DNA of 64,000 nucleotides from Arcicella lustrica (GTDB lineage: Bacteria; Bacteroidota; Bacteroidia; Cytophagales; Spirosomataceae): positions 221,383-285,382 of the forward strand of contig NZ_JAYGIM010000007.1 in NCBI RefSeq assembly GCF_034930985.1, written 5' to 3'. This document shows, piece by piece, positions 57,857 to 64,000 of the stretch. Both the position numbers and the translations under genes were made by a program. The notes beneath the pieces are model-generated. The model saw only the letters and a list, made by a program, of their open reading frames with translations, did not search any database and was not told where the DNA came from. The stretch's first letter is position 1. Every line of letters begins with the position of its first letter.

Positions 57857-58714
57857 TTAGTCTTCAATAGAGAACTTATCAAACAACAAGCTCAATAATT
57901 CGTCATGAACTCTGATGTACTCAGGGTCATGAGTAATATCTTTTTTGTTTCTTGGTCTTGGTAAATTGATGTCAACAATTTTCTTGATAGTTGCAGCTGG
58001 ACCATTGTTCATTACAACAACTTTATCTGCTAAGAAAATAGCTTCTTCAATATCGTGCGTAACCATTACAATTGTTTTGTTACGATTATCTAAATTCCAA
58101 AGTTTCAATAATTCAATGTGCATTGAACCTTTCGTAAGGGCATCTAAGGCTCCGAATGGTTCATCTAACAAAAGAATACTTGGGTTGATGGCAAAAGCAC
58201 GAGCAATGGCTACACGCTGTTTCATTCCCCCCGATAATTGACCTGGCAACTTATCCTTGTGTGGTGTTAAATTCACCATTTGGATATAGTGATCTACAAT
58301 CTCGTGCTTCTCTTTAGAATTTTTATCTTTGAAAACAGAATCAACTGCTTCATAGATGTTTTTGTAAACCGACATCCAAGGCAATAAAGAGTAGTTTTGA
58401 AAAACGATTCCTCTGTCTGGACCCGGTCCTTTTACGATATTCCCGTTGGCAATTACTTCACCAGACGATGGCGTTACCATTCCTGAAATGGTATTCATCA
58501 ACGTTGATTTTCCACAACCAGAGTGACCAATCAAGGCTACGATTTCACCTTTTTTTACTTCTAAACTAATGTCTTTTACCGCAGTAAAAGTACCTTTTGA
58601 ACCTTTGAATGCTACCGTAACGTCTTTAATATCGATAGCAGTTTCACGGTTATTTATTTTATGGAAGTCGTTAGCTGAATCAGCTAATTGACTTGGATTT
58701 ACGATGTTAGTCAT
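57857..58714 (-). CDS. Nitrate/bicarbonate-type ABC transporter ATP-binding protein
   Basis: Walker A 'GHSGCGKST', signature 'LSGGMKQRV', Walker B 'LLLDEP'. Confidence 0.8.
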   Translation of the reverse strand: MTNIVNPSQLADSANDFHKINNRETAIDIKDVTVAFKGSKGTFTAVKDISLEVKKGEIVALIGHSGCGKSTLMNTISGMVTPSSGEVIANGNIVKGPGPDRGIVFQNYSLLPWMSVYKNIYEAVDSVFKDKNSKEKHEIVDHYIQMVNLTPHKDKLPGQLSGGMKQRVAIARAFAINPSILLLDEPFGALDALTKGSMHIELLKLWNLDNRNKTIVMVTHDIEEAIFLADKVVVMNNGPAATIKKIVDINLPRPRNKKDITHDPEYIRVHDELLSLLFDKFSIED

Positions 58715-58768
58715 AGGAAATAATGATTTTGATGTTTGAATGAATATTCAAAATATGATTTCTTCGGC

Positions 58769-59578
58769 TTATTTTTTATCCCAAGAAAAAGCATTTTGTA
58801 ATCCGTTGAATGCTTTATCGAACAATAAACCAACTGTTCCGATAATAAGAATTGCGACCAAAATTCTTTCCAAAGAAAGACCATTCCAACTATCCCAAAC
58901 AAAAAAACCAATACCTACACCACCCGAAAGCATTTCGCCAGCTACAATTACTACCCAAGCAATACCGATTGATAAACGCAAACCAGTAATGATGTGTGGA
59001 ATAGCAAAAGGCAACATAATTCTCGTTAAATACTTCCATTTCGAAAAGCCGAATGCTTTTCCTACATTTTTATGATCATCTGGAATACTTGATACTCCAA
59101 AAGCTGTATTAATCACTGTTGGCCATAAAGACGTAATAGCAATGATAAAAATCGTTGCTCCATCAGAAGCTTTGAATGCTAATAACCCTAAAGGAAACCA
59201 AGCCAAAGGCGATACTGGACGAAGGATTTGTACAATTGGGTTTAATAATTTCATCCCAATCTTTGTTGAACCCATTAGCAATCCCATTGGAATAGCAATT
59301 AAACTTCCTAAAGCAAAACCTGTTGATACTCTTCCTAATGAACTTAATAATTGAATTCCGATTCCTTTATCGTTTGGTCCATAATCATAAAATGGATCTG
59401 CAATAAGTTCTTTAAAGACAATCCAAGTTGAAGCTGGATTAGGAATTTCGGCTTTTGTGATGACTGAAATTAGATGCCAGATACCTAGCAGAATTATCAT
59501 GCTTGCCACAAAATATATAAAGTTGATGGCTATATCTTTAATTGAAACTGATTTCATAATCTTGGTGCTTGTTATCAA
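58769..59578 (-). CDS. Nitrate ABC transporter permease
   Basis: Six TM helices and an EAA-like loop. Lies between the substrate-binding-protein and ATPase genes. Confidence 0.75.
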   Translation of the reverse strand: MITSTKIMKSVSIKDIAINFIYFVASMIILLGIWHLISVITKAEIPNPASTWIVFKELIADPFYDYGPNDKGIGIQLLSSLGRVSTGFALGSLIAIPMGLLMGSTKIGMKLLNPIVQILRPVSPLAWFPLGLLAFKASDGATIFIIAITSLWPTVINTAFGVSSIPDDHKNVGKAFGFSKWKYLTRIMLPFAIPHIITGLRLSIGIAWVVIVAGEMLSGGVGIGFFVWDSWNGLSLERILVAILIIGTVGLLFDKAFNGLQNAFSWDKK

Positions 59579-59624
59579 TTATCGGTTAACACTAAAAATA
59601 TTAACCGATAATCGCTGACAAACT

Positions 59625-60833
59625 TTATTTTTTGGTTGCTTTTAAGTAATCGTCAATATTAGCTGGGTCGAAAACAACATCATAAGTAGTTTTGAAAGGC
59701 TTCATATCCACTTGAACTGGAACACTCATTTCTTTAGCTACTTCTGCAAACAAATCATCAAGAATCAATTTTTCAGCAATGGCTTTATAACTTGGTTCTG
59801 CTTTTAAATATCCAAAGCGAACATATTGTGCCAAAAACCACATAGCGTGAGATTTACGAGGAGTATTTACAACACCATTGTTATAGAAAGTCATGTAATC
59901 TCCTTTGTATTTCTGAACGCCTAAATCACAACCTAAATCACTTGAGCCTAATAAACGGGCCTCAATTACTTGTAATGGAGCATTTACATAATATGGTTTC
60001 GTTAACCAGCTTGCTGCTTTTTTACGATTTCCCATATTATCTAACCATTTACAAGCTTCGATAATCGCCTTCATTACTTTTTTCAAATCTTCTCTTTCTT
60101 CAGCTGCAAATTTCGAATTTACTACCAAAGCTTTCTCAGGATGATGTTGCCAAATATCTTGTGAAGCAATGTGTGTAAAACCAACATTTTGTGCTGCCGC
60201 AACACCATTCCAAGGTTCACCAACACTAAAACCTTCCATATTATCAACACGCATATTGGCAACCATTTGTGGCGGTGGGATAGTGATAATACCAACCGAC
60301 TTTTGATTTACACCTGCTGCTGCTAACCAGTTTCTTAACCAAATATCATGTGTTCCACCCGGGAAAGTCATCGCAAATGTTACTTCTTTTTTAGTTTTAA
60401 CATCTTTGATGGCTGCCGCTACTTTGTTCATTTCTTTATAACCAACCAAACCACAGAAATCTTTTGAAAGTGTAATGGCTTGACCATTGTTGTTCAAGAC
60501 CATAGCGATTTTCATTTCTGAGCCTGCTTTTCCACCAATACCTGTATAAACTGAAAGTGGCATCGAAAATAAACAATGTGCACCGTCTAATTCACCATTC
60601 AATACTTTGTCACGGATATTTGCCCAAGAGGCTTCTTTTGAAAGTTCTACATCAACGCCATATTTTGCGAAAAGACCTAATTCTTTTGCAGCTACAAGTG
60701 GCGCACAGTCGGTAAGTGGAATAAATCCTAATTTAATTTTTCTAGCTGGTGGATTCATTCGTGATGCTGAAACTGCAATGGAAAATACCATCAAACAGAT
60801 TACAGCAATTGAGTTTTTTAACAGAGTTTTCAT
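59625..60833 (-). CDS. Nitrate ABC transporter substrate-binding protein (NrtA/CmpA family)
   Basis: Signal peptide. 'KIKLGFIPLTDCAPL' NrtA-type N-terminal motif. 402 aa. Confidence 0.75.
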   Translation of the reverse strand: MKTLLKNSIAVICLMVFSIAVSASRMNPPARKIKLGFIPLTDCAPLVAAKELGLFAKYGVDVELSKEASWANIRDKVLNGELDGAHCLFSMPLSVYTGIGGKAGSEMKIAMVLNNNGQAITLSKDFCGLVGYKEMNKVAAAIKDVKTKKEVTFAMTFPGGTHDIWLRNWLAAAGVNQKSVGIITIPPPQMVANMRVDNMEGFSVGEPWNGVAAAQNVGFTHIASQDIWQHHPEKALVVNSKFAAEEREDLKKVMKAIIEACKWLDNMGNRKKAASWLTKPYYVNAPLQVIEARLLGSSDLGCDLGVQKYKGDYMTFYNNGVVNTPRKSHAMWFLAQYVRFGYLKAEPSYKAIAEKLILDDLFAEVAKEMSVPVQVDMKPFKTTYDVVFDPANIDDYLKATKK

Positions 60834-60992
60834 ATTTTTTTGTTTTTTTATTTAAGAATACTTCTCGTTTCGACCCCCATCGAATTGAGAAGCTATATTA
60901 TATTATTGAGTGATTTAGCGATTGAGTGAATTAGTGATTACTAAAAAATATTCACACCTCACCATTCACAATTCACACTAGTACTCACTAAA

Positions 60993-62612
60993 TTATTTAA
61001 TCGCTACTGGTTTAGCGTAAAAGAAATCTGGACGAATGTTAATCATGGCATAAAACCAGGTTCCAGTTTTGTTAAAGTTATTAGCTGCAACATCGGTAGT
61101 GGCTTGTCCTTTTGCAAATGGCATATTGGCGGTTGCCATCATAACAGAATAGCCCAATTCAAGGTTTGTGAATTTATTCATATTGTAATTCAATATGAAA
61201 TCTATTTCATTCCCTAAATCTGTTCCTACCAATGTTCCATCACCTTTTGTTGTTGCTTTGTTCAATGCAAATGAATGATAATCAACACCAACTGTTACAG
61301 TGTTTGTTGTATATTTTGCTTTGAAATATCCGTTATTCAAACCTCCAGCAGGCGAGTTTGTGCCTACATAGAAGTAATCCATATATCCCCAGTGTTTGTG
61401 TGGCGTTCCGTAAAGTGGGTCGAAGCGATTATTTTTTCCAGTTGAAGCTTTGTAATTGTTCGTCGCACTTGTACCATCGTTTCCAGAAAGCACATCGTAT
61501 CCTAAAGTAAATGCCCATCTACTTTTTTGATAAGTAGCAGCCAATGTGTAGTGATACGCATCCATGTCATTTCCTTCACGGTCTTTACCAGTTTGTCCGT
61601 AATAAGCTCCTTGTAAAGCGATTTTTCCAAAACCTGAAGCATTCCCAATCGTGTGATTAATCATCAAACCATACGTTGTACGACTACGTGACTGTCCGTA
61701 ATCGAAAGCATCAGTAGCACCAGAAGCAACGAACCTTCTACCATAAACGTAACCTGTAGAAGCACTTCCAACTGAATCTAAACGATAAGCACTGAAATCA
61801 TCTTGGAAAAATAAACCAGAGAATTTAGTTTGGTTAAACTTTCTACTGATATAAACACTTTTGAAAGACTTATAATCTTGAGAAGCGCCATTGGTTGATG
61901 GAGGGTTAATCCATGCCAAAGCACCACCTGTTTTTACTGAATTAGCTCCAATTCCTCCGCCTACAGTCAATGGAATAATGCCTGCAGGTGTTGGTACTAA
62001 AACGCCAGTTGAAGTTCTTGTTGTTGGGCTTAAATTGGCTGGTACATAACCTGTTCCAGTAATACCAAAAGCATCAGCATTTTGGTTGAAAGCCAAACCA
62101 ACATCAAATTGCCATCCATGATGTACTCCTTTTAGTAAAACCATGTCATGACGGCGACCTTGCTGTAACCAATCAAGGTTACCAATTAAACGAACGTCAT
62201 CATAAATCAATTCTTGACGACCAATTTTGATACTCAATAAATCAACTAATTTGAATTTAATCGTAGTATCAGCTTTGTTAGCTAAAGTTACTTCTGCCCA
62301 ACCTTCATGAAGCATCAATTTTGCTCCATCAGCATTTGAAATAGAAGAAGCATCTTGTCCCCAAACACGAACATCTTGAACAGCAGCACCAAAAGTTACT
62401 CTGTCCCATTTATAACCAAAGTTTAATCTTGTTCTTTGAGAAGTAAAAGCAGCCGATTTAGCATCGTTTACTACTAAATTTCCCAAACCATTTCGTACTT
62501 CTGTACGAGTTCTCATTTGCCCTTGCAAAGTGAACTGAGCTTTTGCGATGAATTGGGTAGAAGTACCCAAAAATAAGACCAAAGCAAGTTTAAAAATGTA
62601 AGATTTTTTCAT
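60993..62612 (-). CDS. Outer-membrane beta-barrel porin (alginate-export-like)
   Basis: Signal peptide. 'LRLRTE'-like 'MRTRTEVRNG' N-terminal motif. Aromatic C-terminal residue ('AIK' follows F/Y-rich strands). Confidence 0.55.
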   Translation of the reverse strand: MKKSYIFKLALVLFLGTSTQFIAKAQFTLQGQMRTRTEVRNGLGNLVVNDAKSAAFTSQRTRLNFGYKWDRVTFGAAVQDVRVWGQDASSISNADGAKLMLHEGWAEVTLANKADTTIKFKLVDLLSIKIGRQELIYDDVRLIGNLDWLQQGRRHDMVLLKGVHHGWQFDVGLAFNQNADAFGITGTGYVPANLSPTTRTSTGVLVPTPAGIIPLTVGGGIGANSVKTGGALAWINPPSTNGASQDYKSFKSVYISRKFNQTKFSGLFFQDDFSAYRLDSVGSASTGYVYGRRFVASGATDAFDYGQSRSRTTYGLMINHTIGNASGFGKIALQGAYYGQTGKDREGNDMDAYHYTLAATYQKSRWAFTLGYDVLSGNDGTSATNNYKASTGKNNRFDPLYGTPHKHWGYMDYFYVGTNSPAGGLNNGYFKAKYTTNTVTVGVDYHSFALNKATTKGDGTLVGTDLGNEIDFILNYNMNKFTNLELGYSVMMATANMPFAKGQATTDVAANNFNKTGTWFYAMINIRPDFFYAKPVAIK

Positions 62613-62846
62613 ACTTTTGTGATTGATTGTGAAAAATTTTAACAGAGTTTACGCAATTTCGCCCGAACTGAGACCCCCATCTCGTTCGGGTTTTTCTTTA
62701 TTTTTCAGTCGATAGCCCCCACTATCGTTTCAAAATTCTAATCATTTTAGAATGGTTAATAGCACAATATTTCAAATAACTTTTCCTCAAAAATTTGAGA
62801 TGGATTTGCAAGCACTTCTGCTTGCAAAGTTTGGTCTAAAGAGGTG

Positions 62847-64000
62847 TTAAGCTACTTCTAACGTTTGTTCTGTTACTGGTAATGCTTTTCTGTCGAATTT
62901 AATGAGTGCTGTTAATCCCCCAATCACAGCTACACTTATTCCAATATACATGAATGCCTCAGCATAAGTAATCGTTTCTGATTTGAATAAAAATCCAGCA
63001 AGTACTCCACCTAAATTTCCTCCTGCACCAACAATTCCTGCTACTGAACCTACATTTTTTGAATCTATAAAAGGCACGATAGCATAAGTAGCACCGTTTG
63101 CCATTTTCAAGAACATTGCAAAACCTAACATCGCCATTACTGCAAAACCAATTGAACCTGTTTGTGCAAATAACATGATACCTAAGCCTTCCATCGCTAA
63201 TAAACCAGCTAATAACCAGCCTTTTCCTTTCATACCATAGGTTTTACCTACTTTATCTGCAACAATTCCTCCGATTGCTCTAGCGAAAAGATTCATGAAT
63301 CCGAATGCTCCAGCTAAAAGTCCTGCTGTTTTCAAATCGCAAGAGAAGTTTTCTGTAAAATATAATGCTGCTACATTATCAAATGTAATTTCAATTCCGA
63401 AACAAGCGCCATAAGCTAAAAACAATATCCAAGTACGATAATCAGATGCTGCTGAAAAGAAAGAACCTTTTTGTACGGCTTCTCTTTTAATATTAGCATA
63501 ATTTCCAGCAGGAGTATCTTGTGTAAATCTGTAGTAAACAAATGACATGACTAATAAAATAGCACCCGGAATTACCATTGCATATCTCCAAGCATCATGA
63601 TTTACATAACCAGCGCCCACGAAAGCTGCAAAAACCAAGGGCATTACCATGTTTGTGATTCCTCCGCCAAGATTCCCCCAACCTCCAGCTACTGCGTTGG
63701 CTGTACCTTTAATATTTGGAGCAAACATTGCAGAAGTATGATATTGCGTGATAACGAACGATGCGCCAATTACACTAATTGCTAGTCTGAAAAGTAAAAA
63801 TGATTCGTAACTATTCGCTAAACCGATTGTCATTACTGGAATTGAACCAATTGCCAACAACCAAGTATAAGTAAGTCTTGGCCCTAAAGTATCGCATAAA
63901 CGACCGATGATTAAACGGGCAAAAATCGTTGCAGAAACTGATGCGATGATGATGTTACCAATTTGTCCTTTTGTTAAGCCTAAATCGTCTTTTACGATTT
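62847..64000 (-). CDS. MFS nitrate/nitrite transporter (NarK/NrtP-like). Partial: the N-terminus lies beyond the window.
   Basis: MFS TM pattern with 'GGWGNLGGG' motif. The reading frame stays open past 63860 to the window edge. Confidence 0.7.
   Translation of the reverse strand, partial: IVKDDLGLTKGQIGNIIIASVSATIFARLIIGRLCDTLGPRLTYTWLLAIGSIPVMTIGLANSYESFLLFRLAISVIGASFVITQYHTSAMFAPNIKGTANAVAGGWGNLGGGITNMVMPLVFAAFVGAGYVNHDAWRYAMVIPGAILLVMSFVYYRFTQDTPAGNYANIKREAVQKGSFFSAASDYRTWILFLAYGACFGIEITFDNVAALYFTENFSCDLKTAGLLAGAFGFMNLFARAIGGIVADKVGKTYGMKGKGWLLAGLLAMEGLGIMLFAQTGSIGFAVMAMLGFAMFLKMANGATYAIVPFIDSKNVGSVAGIVGAGGNLGGVLAGFLFKSETITYAEAFMYIGISVAVIGGLTALIKFDRKALPVTEQTLEVA

Noticed and set aside
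60861-62690. ANTAR (NasR/NasT-type) dual-hexaloop antiterminator target in the nitrate-locus UTRs
   Set aside because: The hexaloop UGGGGG does not match the A1/G4 ANTAR consensus. Only single hairpins are seen, with no overlapping terminator. The hairpins are kept as a generic candidate regulatory element rather than being called ANTAR sites.

Overview
Low-GC chromosomal segment that looks like Bacteroidetes (Flavobacteriia/Cytophagia-type): lipoprotein and Tat signals, no Shine-Dalgarno sequences, TAnnTTTG -7 boxes. It holds about 45 protein-coding genes, most of them core metabolism. The main features, in order:
- A very large SF1/Upf1-like helicase runs off the left edge (minus strand), with a MutS-domain-V paralog next to it.
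- trpEGDC is preceded by an 18-aa leader peptide with three consecutive Trp codons and a terminator/antiterminator pair. trpF-trpB sit about 35 kb away with no trpA and no leader.
- Other core genes include ruvB, a MIP channel, two tandem paralogous hybrid histidine kinases, acyl-CoA dehydrogenase, a PLP Cys/Met enzyme, cdd, a tripartite RND efflux operon, two GT2 glycosyltransferases, kdsC, and an ECF sigma/anti-sigma pair.
- A nitrate-assimilation locus lies at the right end: a fused Mo-nitrate reductase/NAD(P)H reductase, a protein with an N-terminal nitrite/sulfite-reductase-like region fused to a C-terminal rubredoxin, nrtABD-like ABC transporter genes, a porin and a partial NarK-type MFS transporter.
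- An accessory island at ~29.5-35.2 kb lies between cdd and the RND operon. It contains a nested inverted-repeat element, an orphan hypothetical protein, a flotillin, a REP-associated tyrosine transposase (RAYT) flanked by inverted repeats, and a PQQ-like repeat protein. Two ~105-bp structured direct repeats bracket a 4.3-kb block of it.
- Two separate ~41/42-bp tandem minisatellite arrays (~7.5 copies each) sit in intergenic regions.
- Several recurring short palindromic/REP-like motifs occur, including matching CCCCCA-hexaloop hairpins in the 5' UTRs of two nitrate-cluster genes.
No CRISPR array, tRNA or rRNA gene was seen. All product calls rest on motifs read by eye; no homology search was possible.
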